NCBI GenBank assembly: GCA_043821645.1
Contig: JBDRCO010000005.1
Location: 1 to 54,976, forward strand
DNA: 54,976 nt
Direction: 5' to 3'
From: Pseudomonadota bacterium
GTDB taxonomy: Bacteria > Myxococcota > JACRCW01 > JAFGSX01
Shown here: positions 1 to 11,062 of the stretch, piece after piece
Position numbering within the stretch: position 1 is the stretch's first letter
Layout of the letters: the number at the start of each line of letters is the position of its first letter
Notes under the pieces: model-generated
Told to the model about the DNA's origin: nothing
Seen by the model: the letters and a program-made list of their open reading frames with translations, nothing else
Databases searched by the model: none
Translations under genes and position numbers: made by a program

Positions 1-1
1 C

Positions 2-589
2 GGACGCACGCCCGTCGACGGCAGCCGCGTCGAGGTGGGCGACGCGGTGCTGGCCCTGCACAGCGTGGGCTTTCGCAGCAATGGCTTCTCGCTGGCGCGG
101 CGCATCCTGCAGCGCCAGTTCGGCGAGCGCTGGCACGAGGAAATTCTGCACGAGGGCGAGCGCGCGGGCCAGGCCCTGCTCACGCCCTGTCGCATCTACT
201 GCCGCGGCGTGTGCGAGGCTTTGGAGCAGGGGATCGACCTGCGCGGCATCGCCCACATCACGGGCGGCGGCATCCCTCACAAGTTCCGGCGCGTGCTGCG
301 GTTACGCGGACTCGGCGCCATGCTCGACGCCCTGCCCGCGCCCGCGCCCGCCATGGCCCGGGTGCAGGCCCTGGGCGGGGTGCCGGCGCGCCAGGCCTAC
401 ACCCTGTGGAACATGGGGACGGGCATGTTGCTGGTGCTGCCGCCGGCCCAGGTCGACGACGCTCTGGCCCTGCTCGCGGCGCAGGGCCTGCCAGGCCAGC
501 GCGCGGGCGAGATCGTGGCCGAGCCGGCCATCGTGCTTGAGGCGCGCGGCGCCGAGTCGGGGCGCCTGGAGTTTCTCGACGGCGCCTGA
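2..589 (+). CDS. purM: AIR synthetase (phosphoribosylformylglycinamidine cyclo-ligase), 5'-truncated by window edge
   Basis: Frame is open from base 2. PurM C-terminal motifs GDAVLALHSVGFRSNGFSLARR, LLTPCRIY, AHITGGG, WNMGTGM. Lies directly upstream of purL. Confidence 0.93.
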   Translation, partial: GRTPVDGSRVEVGDAVLALHSVGFRSNGFSLARRILQRQFGERWHEEILHEGERAGQALLTPCRIYCRGVCEALEQGIDLRGIAHITGGGIPHKFRRVLRLRGLGAMLDALPAPAPAMARVQALGGVPARQAYTLWNMGTGMLLVLPPAQVDDALALLAAQGLPGQRAGEIVAEPAIVLEARGAESGRLEFLDGA

Positions 590-641
590 TCGCGCTGGGT
601 TGTCATGGCCCGGCGCGCGCTGGGCCCCCGGGAGGTTCAGC

Positions 642-3641
642 GTGTCCGTGACAGCCACTCCCCTGCAGCTGGTGCAACTGGTCCCGCGCTCTGGCCACGA
701 CGACAGCTCCGGCGCGGCCGTGGTGCGCGCGGCGAAGCGCGACCTGGGCCTGGACCTGGGGCGGGTGCAGCACCACCGCCTGTACGCGGTCCATGGCGCC
801 ATCGAGGGCGCGCAGCTGCTGGCCGGCGCTCGCGCGGCCCTGGCCGATCCGCTGCTGCACGAGGTGCACCTGGGGGCACCCCACCTCGACACGGCCTACG
901 CGCGCTTTGCCCTGGTGGCGCGCCAGCCCGGCGTCACCGACGACGAGGGCGCCTCTGCTCGCACCGCGCTCGCCGATTACGCCGGCGTGGATCTCGACGG
1001 GGTGCAGGTCTTCGCCCAGGAGCTGTACCTGATCGAGCGCGCCCTCGACGACGCGGGCTTGCGCACGCTGGCACAGCAGGTCCTGGGCAATCCGCTGATT
1101 CACAAGTTCTTTCATGGCCCCCTGGCGGATTTCGCGCCCTACGCGCCAGTGGTGCAGCTCAGCGCCGACCCCACCGTGCACGGGGTGAGCCTGGAACGCG
1201 ACGATGCGCACCTGCTGCAGCTGTCGCAAGAACGCGTGCTGCACCTCGACCTGGCCGAGCTGCACGCCCTGCGCGCGCACTACCGGGAACCCGGGGTGCA
1301 GGCGCGGCGGCGCGAGGCGGACCTGCCTGTCGAGCCCACCGACGTCGAGCTCGAGGTCTTCGCCCAGACTTGGAGCGAGCACTGCAAGCACAAGGAGTTC
1401 AAGGCGCACATCGACGTGTACGACCGCGGCAGCGGCGAGCGCTTCGTGGTCGACGGCCTGTTCGACAGCTACATCCGCGCCACCACCCGCGAGGTGCAGC
1501 GCTTACTCGAAGCCGCGGGCCAGCGCTGGGTGATCAAGGTGTTCTCGGACAACGCGGGGGTGGTGCGCATCGACGACGAGCGCCTGTTCGTGTTCAAGGT
1601 CGAGACCCACAACACCCCCTCGGCCCTGGACCCCTACGGCGGCGCCATCACCGGCATCCTCGGCAACAACCGCGACCCCCTGGGCACGGGCGTCGGCGGC
1701 GCGCGCCTGCTGTTCAACACCGACGTGCTGTGCTTCGGGCCCCCCAACTGGAGCGAGCCCCTGCTGCCCGGGCAGCTGCACCCGGCACGGGTCATGCGCG
1801 GTGTGATCCAGGGCATAGCGGACGGCGGCAACAAAAGCGGCGTGCCCACGGTGCACGGTGCCCTGGTGTTCGACCCGCGCTATGCGGGCAAGCCCCTGGT
1901 CTACTGCGGCACCGGCGCCCTGCTCGACGCCGAGGTGGCCGGGCTGCCGTCGTGGGACAAGCGCATCGAACCCGGGGATCGCATCGTCATGGCCGGCGGC
2001 CGCGTGGGCCAGGACGGCATTCACGGGGCCACCTTCTCCAGCGCCGAGATCGACGAGAAGTCGCCGCGCAGCGCGGTGCAGGTGGGCTCGCCCTTCACCC
2101 AGAAGAAGCTCGGGGACTTTTTGCGCCGGGCCTGTGCGGCCGGGCTGGTGCGCTGCACCACGGACAACGGCGCCGGCGGGCTGTCGTCGTCGGTGGGCGA
2201 GCTGGCCCCCATCACCGGAGGCGCCCGTCTGCAGCTCGAGCAGGTGCCGCTCAAGTACCCGGGCCTGACCCCCTGGGAGATCCTGGTCAGCGAGTCCCAG
2301 GAGCGCATGACCCTGGCCGTGGACCCCGCCCACCTCGATGCCCTGCGCGCCTTCGCCGCCGAGGACGAGGTGGAGCTGAGCGACATCGGCGTGTTCGACA
2401 CCAGTGGCGTGCTCGAGGTGCGCCACGGCGCTCAGCGGGTAGCCCTGCTGGATCTGGCCTTCCTGCACGACGGAGTGCCGCGCAAGCACCTGGTGGCGGA
2501 GTGGACGCCACCGACGCTGCTGGCACCACAGCTGCCCGCGAACCTCGACCCGGGTCAGGTGCTGCTGGCACTGCTGGGCAGCCTCGACATCTGCTCGCGC
2601 GAGACGGTGATCCGGCGCTACGACCACGAGGTGCAGGGCCTCAGCGTGATCAAGCCACTCATGGGCTCGGCGGCGGGCTCACCCCAGGACGCCGCCGTGC
2701 TGCGCCTGGACCACGACGGTTACGCTGGCCTGGCCGTGAGCTGCGGCATCTGCCCGCGCTACGGCGATCTGGATCCCTACGCCATGAGCGCCCTGGCTTT
2801 TGACGAGGCCGTGCGCCAGATCATCGCGGTGGGTGGCCAGCTCCCGGACATCGAGCGGTCCGACGGCCCCTGGTGGTCGGCCTGCGACAACTTCTGCGTG
2901 CCGGACTCGGTGCAGCACCCCGAGCGTAACCCCGACGGCGCGCGCAAGCTCGCCGCCCTGGTGCAGATGTGCCAGGCCCTGTTCGACGTCGCCACCACCT
3001 ACCTGGTGCCGCTGACCTCGGGCAAGGACAGCATGAAGAACGACTTCACCGCGGGCGGGCGCAAGATCTCGGTGCCGCCCACGGTGCTGTACTCGGTGGT
3101 GGCTGGCATCCCGGACGTTCGGCGCACGGTGACCGCCGAGTTCAAGGCTGCCGGCGACCTGGTCTACCTTCTCGGCGAGACCCGCGACGAGCTCGGAGGC
3201 TCGGCCCTGCTGCGCCTGCACGACCAGCTCGGCGACCACGTGCCCGAGCTGCAGCCCCTGCTCGCGCGCAGCCTCTACGACAAGGTGGCCGCGGCCAACG
3301 CCGAGGGCCTGATCGCCTCGTGCCACGACCTGAGCGATGGCGGCCTGGCCGTGGCCCTGGCCGAATGCGGCTTCGGCCACCACCTGGGTGCTGACCTCGC
3401 GCTCGACGACGGGGGACTGGATGCCCTGCGCCAGCTGTTCAGCGAGAGCCCGGCCCGCTTCGTCGCCACGGTGCGGCCCGAGGACAGACGGCGCTTCGAG
3501 CAGGGCCTGGGCGACCGGGCAACTCTGTTGGGCAGGGTGACGGAAGAGCCGACGCTGCGCATCCGCCACCGCGGGGCTGTGGTGATCGAGCAGACCATCG
3601 ACGATCTCCACGCGGCCTGGTCGCGCGGCCTGGAGCTGTGA
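642..3641 (+). CDS. purL: FGAM synthase synthetase subunit with N-terminal PurS-like region (~999 aa)
   Basis: QTWSEHCKHK, KVETHNTPSALDPYGGAITG, DNGAGGLSSS, SESQERM, SGKDSMKND, HDLSDGGL. GTG start at 642 chosen after GGAGG (631-635). Confidence 0.95.
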   Translation: MSVTATPLQLVQLVPRSGHDDSSGAAVVRAAKRDLGLDLGRVQHHRLYAVHGAIEGAQLLAGARAALADPLLHEVHLGAPHLDTAYARFALVARQPGVTDDEGASARTALADYAGVDLDGVQVFAQELYLIERALDDAGLRTLAQQVLGNPLIHKFFHGPLADFAPYAPVVQLSADPTVHGVSLERDDAHLLQLSQERVLHLDLAELHALRAHYREPGVQARRREADLPVEPTDVELEVFAQTWSEHCKHKEFKAHIDVYDRGSGERFVVDGLFDSYIRATTREVQRLLEAAGQRWVIKVFSDNAGVVRIDDERLFVFKVETHNTPSALDPYGGAITGILGNNRDPLGTGVGGARLLFNTDVLCFGPPNWSEPLLPGQLHPARVMRGVIQGIADGGNKSGVPTVHGALVFDPRYAGKPLVYCGTGALLDAEVAGLPSWDKRIEPGDRIVMAGGRVGQDGIHGATFSSAEIDEKSPRSAVQVGSPFTQKKLGDFLRRACAAGLVRCTTDNGAGGLSSSVGELAPITGGARLQLEQVPLKYPGLTPWEILVSESQERMTLAVDPAHLDALRAFAAEDEVELSDIGVFDTSGVLEVRHGAQRVALLDLAFLHDGVPRKHLVAEWTPPTLLAPQLPANLDPGQVLLALLGSLDICSRETVIRRYDHEVQGLSVIKPLMGSAAGSPQDAAVLRLDHDGYAGLAVSCGICPRYGDLDPYAMSALAFDEAVRQIIAVGGQLPDIERSDGPWWSACDNFCVPDSVQHPERNPDGARKLAALVQMCQALFDVATTYLVPLTSGKDSMKNDFTAGGRKISVPPTVLYSVVAGIPDVRRTVTAEFKAAGDLVYLLGETRDELGGSALLRLHDQLGDHVPELQPLLARSLYDKVAAANAEGLIASCHDLSDGGLAVALAECGFGHHLGADLALDDGGLDALRQLFSESPARFVATVRPEDRRRFEQGLGDRATLLGRVTEEPTLRIRHRGAVVIEQTIDDLHAAWSRGLEL

Positions 3642-3642
3642 C

Positions 3643-4511
<869 letters not shown>

Positions 4512-4518
<7 letters not shown>

Positions 4519-6125
4519 TCCCCGTTCGCCGTGCCCTGCTCAGCGTCTCGGACAAGACCGGCCTCGAGCCCCTGGCGCGTGCCTTGGTCCAGCGCGGGGT
4601 CGAGCTCATCTCGACCGGCGGCACCCGCGCCGCGTTGACCGAGATGGGCCTCAAGACCCTCGAGATCTCCGAAGTGACGGGCAAACCCGAGGCCTTTGGC
4701 GGGCGCATGAAGACCCTGAGCTTCGAGGTGTGCAGCGCCCTGCTGTTCCACCGCGAGCGCGACGCTGACGAGGCCAGGGCCCTGAACATCGCGCCCATCG
4801 ATCTGGTGGTGGTCAACCTCTACCCCTTCGAGAAGAAGCGCGACCAGGGCGTGGACGACGAGACCCTGGTCGAGAACATCGACATCGGCGGCCCGACCCT
4901 GATCCGCGCCGCGGCCAAGAACCACCGCTTCGTGACCGTGCTCACCGATCCGGCCCAGTACCCCGCCGTGATCGAGGAGCTGGCCGCCCACGACGGAGCC
5001 CTGAGCCTGGAGACCCGGACCCGCCTGGCGCGCCAGGCCTACAACCGCACCGCTGACTACGACGCAGCCATCGCGGTCGAGCTCGACAGGCGCGCGGCTC
5101 AGCCATCGCTGCGCCTCGCCTTCGACGGCGGCCAGGTCCTGCGCTACGGCGAGAACAGCCATCAGCAGGCCACCCTGTATCGGCAGCGCGGAGCCAGCAC
5201 CTCGCTGTGCGACATGAAGATCCTGGGCGGCAAGCCCCTGAGCTTCAACAACCTGGTCGACCTGCAAGGCGCCCTGGACGCGGTGCGCGACCTCGGCCGC
5301 CCGGGCGTGGCCATCATCAAGCACACCAACCCGTGCGGTCTGGCCGTCGCCGACAGCTTGCGCGCCGCCTTCGAGGCGGCCTGGGCCGGGGACCCGGTGA
5401 GCGCCTTTGGCAGCGTCATCGCCTTCAACCGGCCGCTGGACGTCGAGACCGCGCGTTTTTTGAACCTGGACGCCGAGCCCAAGAGCGCGCGCAAGTTCGT
5501 CGAGATCGTCGCCGCGCCAGTCTTCTCGGACGAGGCCGTGGCCTACCTGCAGCAGCACAAGGACCTGCGCATCGTCGAGCTGGACCCGGCGCAGGCAGCC
5601 CTGAAGCGCGATGTGCGCGTGCTGCCGGGCGCCGCCCTGGAGCAGGACCCCGACGTCGAGCTGCTGGCCAAGCAGGACGTGGTCACCCAGGCCCAGCCCC
5701 CCGCCCTCGACGACGATCTGCTGCGCTTTGGCCTGGTCGCCACGCGCCAGGTCAAGAGCAACGCCATTGTGCTGGTGCGACGCAGGGGCGACGGCGTGGT
5801 GCAGCTGCTGGGCATGGGCGCTGGCCAGCCCAACCGCCTGAACTCGGTCAAGCTGGCGGTGGCCCGGGCGCGGGAGAACCTGGCCGCCGAGTACCAGGGT
5901 GGCTCTTCGGGCCTCGAGGCCCACATCGCGGCGCAGCTGGGCCTGGCCGTGCTGGTCAGTGACGCCTTCTTCCCCTTCCCCGACGGAGTCGAGGCCGCCG
6001 CCGCTGCGGGCGTGCGTTGCGTGTTCCAGCCGGGAGGTTCGATCCGGGACAAGGCCGTGATCAAGAAGTGTGATGAGCTGGGCGTGGCCATGGTGTTCAC
6101 GGGCCTGCGGCACTTCAGGCACTAG
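4512..6125 (+). CDS. purH: Bifunctional AICAR transformylase / IMP cyclohydrolase
   Basis: [78 protein letters not shown] 4512 follows GGAGG. Confidence 0.96.
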
Positions 6126-6216
6126 GAGGCGTCCTGCACGCCGCCACGACGTCGGGCCCGGTGCCGACACACGCACCCCTGGCCGCACGAGGCAGGATCA
6201 GGGATGAGGATCGCCG

Positions 6217-7611
6217 ATGAACAGCCTGTCCCGCGTCGAGACCCCCCAGCTGCGCACACTGCACCGCGGCAAGGTGCGCGATAGCTTTCGCGTCGACGAG
6301 CGAACCCGGCTCATCGTGGTGACCGACCGTCTGAGCGCGTTCGACCGCGTGCTCGATTCACCCATTCCGGGCAAGGGCGAGGTCCTCAACCAGCTCAGCG
6401 CCTGGTGGTTCGAGCAGACCCGCGATCTGGTGGGCAATCACCTCGTGCGCACGGTGGGACCGTCGGCGTCGCTGGTCCGCGAGGCCACTCCCATCAAGAT
6501 CGAAATGGTGGTTCGCGGCTACATCACGGGATCCATGTGGCGCGGCTACCTGCAAGGCGAGCGCAGCTTCTCCGGCACGCAGGTGCCCGACGGCCTGACC
6601 GAGAACCAGCAGCTTCCCGTCCCCATCGTCACGCCGACCACCAAGGAAAAGAACGACCGTCCCGTCACCCCGGCCCAGATCGTCGCCGAGGGCTGGGCCA
6701 GTGCTGCGCACTACGCCGCCATGCAGGACATCGCGCTCGCACTGTTCGAGCGTGGCCGCGAGCTGCTCGCCCAGCGCGGTATTCTGCTGGTCGACACCAA
6801 GTACGAGTTCGGACTCGTCGCGGGCGAGCTGGTGCTCATCGATGAGATCCACACCCCGGACTCGTCCCGCTTCTGGGACGCCGAGGCACATGCCCGTGAC
6901 CCTGGCGGCGTCGACTCCCTGGACAAGGAATTCGTGCGGCGCTGGCTCCTCGACCACCCCCAGGTGCTACAAGGTGAGCGGGTCGTGCTCCCCAACGACG
7001 TCATCGCCGGAACGGTGCAACGTTACCGGGACCTGTACCGGCGCATCACCGGTGCTGCACTGGTAGACAGCGACGAGCCGCCAGCCCCGCGCTTGCTGCG
7101 CGCTCTGGTGCGAGAGGGCCTGCTCCAGGACGGCTATGTGGCGGTGATCATGGGCTCTCCCGTCGACAGACCGCACTGCGACAAGATCCGCGAGGTGGTC
7201 GAACGCTACGCCATCTTCTGCGACCTGCGGGTGATGTCCGCCCACAAGAATGGTGAACGGGTTCTCGAGGCTGCCGACGAGTATAACGGGTGCATCGAAC
7301 CTGGGGCGGTGATCGCCGTGGCGGGCCGCTCCAACGGTCTGGGCGGAGCTCTTGCGGCCAACCTCAATCTGCCCGTGATCAACTCCCCGCCCTTCAAGGA
7401 CCAGCTCGACATGCTGACCAACATCAACTCGTCGCTGATGATGCCCAGCCGCACCCCTGCGGCCTCCGTCGTCGGCGCCGAGACCGCTGCCATCGCGGCC
7501 CTGCGCAGCCTCAACCTGCCCCGGCTCAAGCGGATGTTCGACGACGAGATCACCCGCACCAAGGCCGAATTGCTGGCCGCCGATGCCGAGGTCCGGGGGC
7601 GCGCGCCATGA
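6217..7611 (+). CDS. purC: Fused SAICAR synthetase (PurC) + class II AIR carboxylase (PurE); PAICS-like bifunctional enzyme
   Basis: N-terminal GKVRD, TDRLSAFD, PGKG, DTKYEFG, DEIHTPDSSRFW, DKEFVR. From ~7132: VAVIMGS..D, SAHK, AVAGRSNGLG, PVINSPP, SSLMMPS. One continuous frame. Confidence 0.93.
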   Translation: MNSLSRVETPQLRTLHRGKVRDSFRVDERTRLIVVTDRLSAFDRVLDSPIPGKGEVLNQLSAWWFEQTRDLVGNHLVRTVGPSASLVREATPIKIEMVVRGYITGSMWRGYLQGERSFSGTQVPDGLTENQQLPVPIVTPTTKEKNDRPVTPAQIVAEGWASAAHYAAMQDIALALFERGRELLAQRGILLVDTKYEFGLVAGELVLIDEIHTPDSSRFWDAEAHARDPGGVDSLDKEFVRRWLLDHPQVLQGERVVLPNDVIAGTVQRYRDLYRRITGAALVDSDEPPAPRLLRALVREGLLQDGYVAVIMGSPVDRPHCDKIREVVERYAIFCDLRVMSAHKNGERVLEAADEYNGCIEPGAVIAVAGRSNGLGGALAANLNLPVINSPPFKDQLDMLTNINSSLMMPSRTPAASVVGAETAAIAALRSLNLPRLKRMFDDEITRTKAELLAADAEVRGRAP

Positions 7612-7720
7612 TGTGTTGGCTGTTTCTACAAACAGGGAGGTCCACGCCGGCCTTGTCCCGGATGACGGGTCTGGTGAGGAGCTCGCGGGGTGCAGGCCTG
7701 GCCATGCCCGGAGAGACCTC

Positions 7721-9133
7721 ATGAGTGGGGATCGCATGTTTCAGGAGATCTCGCCCCTGGACGGGCGCTATCGCGAACGCGTCGGACACCTCGGTCGCTA
7801 CTTCTCGGAATACGGCCTGATGGCGGCGCGCCTGCGCGTCGAGCTCGACTACCTGCTGGCCCTCGATCGGACCGGTCTGTGGGAGCCCCTCAGCGCCGAG
7901 GAGCACGAGCGCGTGGACCGCGTGATGCGGGACTTCGGGCCCACGGACTTCCGGCTGATCAAGGAGATCGAGTCCATCACCCACCACGACGTCAAGGCCT
8001 GCGAACGCTTCCTGCGCGACAGCCTTAAGCTGCGCGACCCACACCGTGTGCACTTCGGTCTGACCAGCGAGGATGTCAACAACCTCGCCTACAACCTGCT
8101 GCTGCGCGCCTTCGTCGACGAGCAACTGCTGCCCAGACTCCGGTCCTTGATGGGGCTGCTGTGCGACCGTGCGGAGGAATGGGCCAGCGAGCCCTTTCCG
8201 ACCCGCACCCACGGCCAGCGCGCCACGCCCTCGACCGCGGGAAAGGAGCTGTCCGTCTTTTTGTCACGCCTGCTGCGCCAGAGCCAGCAGCTCGCGAGCT
8301 TTCGTTTCTCGGGCAAGCTCGGAGGCGCCACCGGCACCTACGCCGCCATGCTGTCGGCCTTTCCAGGCTACGACTGGATCCGCTTCGCCGAGGAATTCGT
8401 GCACGCGCTGGGCTTCGAACCCAACCCCGTGACCACCCAGATCGACGACCATGATCGCTGGGCCGAGCTGTTCGACCTGCTACGGCGCATCGCCAACGTC
8501 GTCATCGATCTGGACCGCGATCTGTGGAGCTATCTCTCGCTGGGTTGGTTGCGCGAGAGACCGGTCTCTGGCCAGGTCGGCTCCTCCACCATGCCGCACA
8601 AGGTGAACCCCATCCGCTTCGAGAACAGCGAGGGCAACCTGGAGCTGGCGGTGACTCTTCTCGGCGCCCTCGCCAACAAGCTCACGCGCTCGCGCATGCA
8701 GCGCGATCTGTCCGACAGCACAGTCTCCCGCAACATCGGCGTGGCCCTGAGCCACCTCTGGCTGGGGCTCGACGAGACCTGGCACGGACTGCAGCGGCTG
8801 GAACTCGACCGGGAACGCTGCCGGGCAGAACTCGACGACAGCCCGGAGCTGCTGGCAGAACCCATCCAGAGCATCTTGCGTGCGACGGGCCTGGGGCAGG
8901 ATCCCTACGAGCTGCTCCGCGAGCGCACCCGCGGGCAGCGTGTGACACGCGAAGCACTGATGGCCCTGGTCGACAGCCTGGCCGTGGGCGACAGGACCAA
9001 GCAGCGCATCCACGAGCTTCAGGTCCACGAGTATCTGGGCGTGGCGCCAGCGCTGTGCATGCGGGTCGTGCATCGGGCTCGACGCGAGCTTGGGGACGCG
9101 ACACCGCGGATCGACGACGGGGGGACGGGATGA
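7721..9133 (+). CDS. purB: Adenylosuccinate lyase
   Basis: ISPLDGRY, HDVKACE, HFGLTSEDVNN, RTHGQ, GSSTMPHKVNPIRFENSEGN, SRMQRDLSDS. ATG 7721 follows GGAGAG. Confidence 0.95.
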   Translation: MSGDRMFQEISPLDGRYRERVGHLGRYFSEYGLMAARLRVELDYLLALDRTGLWEPLSAEEHERVDRVMRDFGPTDFRLIKEIESITHHDVKACERFLRDSLKLRDPHRVHFGLTSEDVNNLAYNLLLRAFVDEQLLPRLRSLMGLLCDRAEEWASEPFPTRTHGQRATPSTAGKELSVFLSRLLRQSQQLASFRFSGKLGGATGTYAAMLSAFPGYDWIRFAEEFVHALGFEPNPVTTQIDDHDRWAELFDLLRRIANVVIDLDRDLWSYLSLGWLRERPVSGQVGSSTMPHKVNPIRFENSEGNLELAVTLLGALANKLTRSRMQRDLSDSTVSRNIGVALSHLWLGLDETWHGLQRLELDRERCRAELDDSPELLAEPIQSILRATGLGQDPYELLRERTRGQRVTREALMALVDSLAVGDRTKQRIHELQVHEYLGVAPALCMRVVHRARRELGDATPRIDDGGTG

Positions 9134-10380
9134 AGATCGTCATCGTGGGCTCGGGCGGCCGCGAACATGCCCTGGCCTGGAAGATTCATCACAGCCCGGA
9201 CCCGCACGAGGTGCTGGTTCTGCCCGGGAACGGAGGAACCCCGACGACCAGGTCTCTTCGAGCCGACGACGTCGACGGCATCCGTCGCTTCTGCGACGAG
9301 GTCGGAGCGGACCTGGTGGTGGTCGGTCCCGAGGTCTCTTTGGCCGCCGGGCTGGTCGACACCTTGCAGGCACACCAGCTGCGCGCCTTTGGACCCATCC
9401 GCGCCGCCACGCGCCTCGAGAGCAGCAAGGTCTGGGCACGTCTGTTCATGCGCCACCACGGCGTGGCCTGCCCCGAGTTCTGGAGCTTTGGCGACGTGGA
9501 TCAGGCGTCTGCCCACCTCGAACGTCTCGGTGGCGACGCGGTGCTCAAGTACGACGGTCTGGCCGCAGGCAAGGGAGTGTGGGTGTGCCGCGATCGCAGT
9601 GAGGCCCACCGCGCCCTGGTCGAGTTCACGCAGCGGCATGGCCACGATGCAGCCGGTGTGGTGGAGCGGCGCCTCGTGGGCAAGGAAGTGTCCCTGATAG
9701 GCCTGTGCGACGGAATGACCCTCGCCTTGCTCGCACCGTCACGCGATCACAAGCGCCTGCTCGACGACGACAAAGGCCCCAACACCGGCGGCATGGGCGC
9801 CTGCACGCCCGTGGCAGACCTTTCGCCTGCGCTGCTCAAGACAATACAGCGCGAGATCATCGCGCCCACCCTCGACGGCTTGCGTGCCGAGGGATTGCCC
9901 TACTGTGGCTTTTTGTACTTCGGCATCCTTCTCAGCGACGAAGGTCCGCGATTGCTGGAATACAATGCGCGCCTCGGCGATCCCGAGGCCGAGGTGGTGC
10001 TTCCCGCGCTCGACAGCGACCTGGTCGAGCTCATGCTGGCGAGTCTCGAAACACGTCTCGGGGACATGAAGGTCGCACTCTCCAGCGACGCCTTTATCGA
10101 CGTGGTCCTGGCGAGCAAGGGCTATCCCGGCGCCATGACTGCGGGGCACCCCATCCAGGGACTGGACACGCTACAGCCCGACACCCTGGTGTTCCACGCG
10201 GGCACCGCGCGCAGCAGCGAGGGCACGCTGGTCACGGCGGGCGGGCGGGTCCTCAACGTGGTTGCGCGCGGCGCGACGGTCGAACAGGCCCGCGAGCGGG
10301 TGTACGCCGAGGTCGAGAAGCTGAGCTTCGAGGGTATGACCTACCGGCGCGACATCGGCCGTGGCACAAAACGGACATGA
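9130..10380 (+). CDS. purD: Phosphoribosylamine-glycine ligase
   Basis: MKIVIVGSGGREHAL, LESSK, DGLAAGKGV, DHKR..GPNTGGMG, EYNARLGDPE. ATGA overlap with purB. Confidence 0.96.
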   Translation: MKIVIVGSGGREHALAWKIHHSPDPHEVLVLPGNGGTPTTRSLRADDVDGIRRFCDEVGADLVVVGPEVSLAAGLVDTLQAHQLRAFGPIRAATRLESSKVWARLFMRHHGVACPEFWSFGDVDQASAHLERLGGDAVLKYDGLAAGKGVWVCRDRSEAHRALVEFTQRHGHDAAGVVERRLVGKEVSLIGLCDGMTLALLAPSRDHKRLLDDDKGPNTGGMGACTPVADLSPALLKTIQREIIAPTLDGLRAEGLPYCGFLYFGILLSDEGPRLLEYNARLGDPEAEVVLPALDSDLVELMLASLETRLGDMKVALSSDAFIDVVLASKGYPGAMTAGHPIQGLDTLQPDTLVFHAGTARSSEGTLVTAGGRVLNVVARGATVEQARERVYAEVEKLSFEGMTYRRDIGRGTKRT

Positions 10381-11000
10381 AGGCCCGCCTCGCCATCCTG
10401 ATCTCGGGCCGTGGCTCCAACATGCGAGCCATCGTCGAAGCTTGTCAGGAGGGTATCCTGACGCCCCTGGCCGAAGCTGTGATCGTGCTGTGCAACAAGC
10501 CGGGCGCGGCAGGGCTCGAGGTGGCGCGGCAGGCCGGTGTGCCTGCGGTCGTGGTGCCAAGCAAGGGCAAGAGTCGAGAAGCCTTCGAACAGCAACTGCT
10601 GGCGACGCTGCAGCCACTCCGTATCGACCTCGTGGTGCTGGCCGGCTTCATGCGTGTGCTCACGCCGCTATTCGTACACGCCTACCCGCAGCGCATCATC
10701 AACATCCATCCCGCCGACACCCGCGCCTACCAGGGCGCACATGCCTACACCTGGGCTCACGAGAACAAGCTGACCACGACCTGGATCACGGTGCACCGGG
10801 TGGACGATGGCGTGGATACCGGCGAGGTGCTGGGGCGCGCCGAGGTCGACCTGCGAGGGGCGGTGGATCTCGAGGAGATCCAGCGGCGCGGGCTCGAGGT
10901 GGAACACCGGCTCTACCCCGAGGTCCTGCGCCAGCTGCTGTCGGGCGGGAGGATGACGCGAGCCACGGCGTTGGCGACCGAATCGCTGCGGACGAGGTGA
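10377..11000 (+). CDS. purN: GAR formyltransferase
   Basis: LISGRGSN, LAGFMRVL, INIHP, VHRVDDGVDTG. ATGA overlap with purD. Confidence 0.93.
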   Translation: MKARLAILISGRGSNMRAIVEACQEGILTPLAEAVIVLCNKPGAAGLEVARQAGVPAVVVPSKGKSREAFEQQLLATLQPLRIDLVVLAGFMRVLTPLFVHAYPQRIINIHPADTRAYQGAHAYTWAHENKLTTTWITVHRVDDGVDTGEVLGRAEVDLRGAVDLEEIQRRGLEVEHRLYPEVLRQLLSGGRMTRATALATESLRTR

Positions 11001-11062
11001 GGCCCGGGCGAGTTTCACTGTGACGGGGAGGGGGCGCCCAAGGGCTCCTTGAGAGGACGCGC

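Noticed and set aside
81-641. N-terminal extension of the 1186-aa ORF as part of PurL
   Set aside because: It overlaps purM in another frame and reads as low-complexity R/A/S/P. A good RBS + GTG exists at 642.
4690-4750. Inactive PurH because of GGRMKTLSF in place of GGRVKTLHP
   Set aside because: The KT core and all other motifs are intact, so this is probably ordinary subfamily variation.
6126-6216. ZTP or PRPP riboswitch between purH and purC
   Set aside because: I could not find the conserved cores. Only generic GC-rich stems are present.
7612-7720. Purine riboswitch before purB (GTTTCTAC seen at ~7622)
   Set aside because: The P2/P3 loop signatures and P1 are absent. Only a small CTGTTT/AAACAG hairpin is present.
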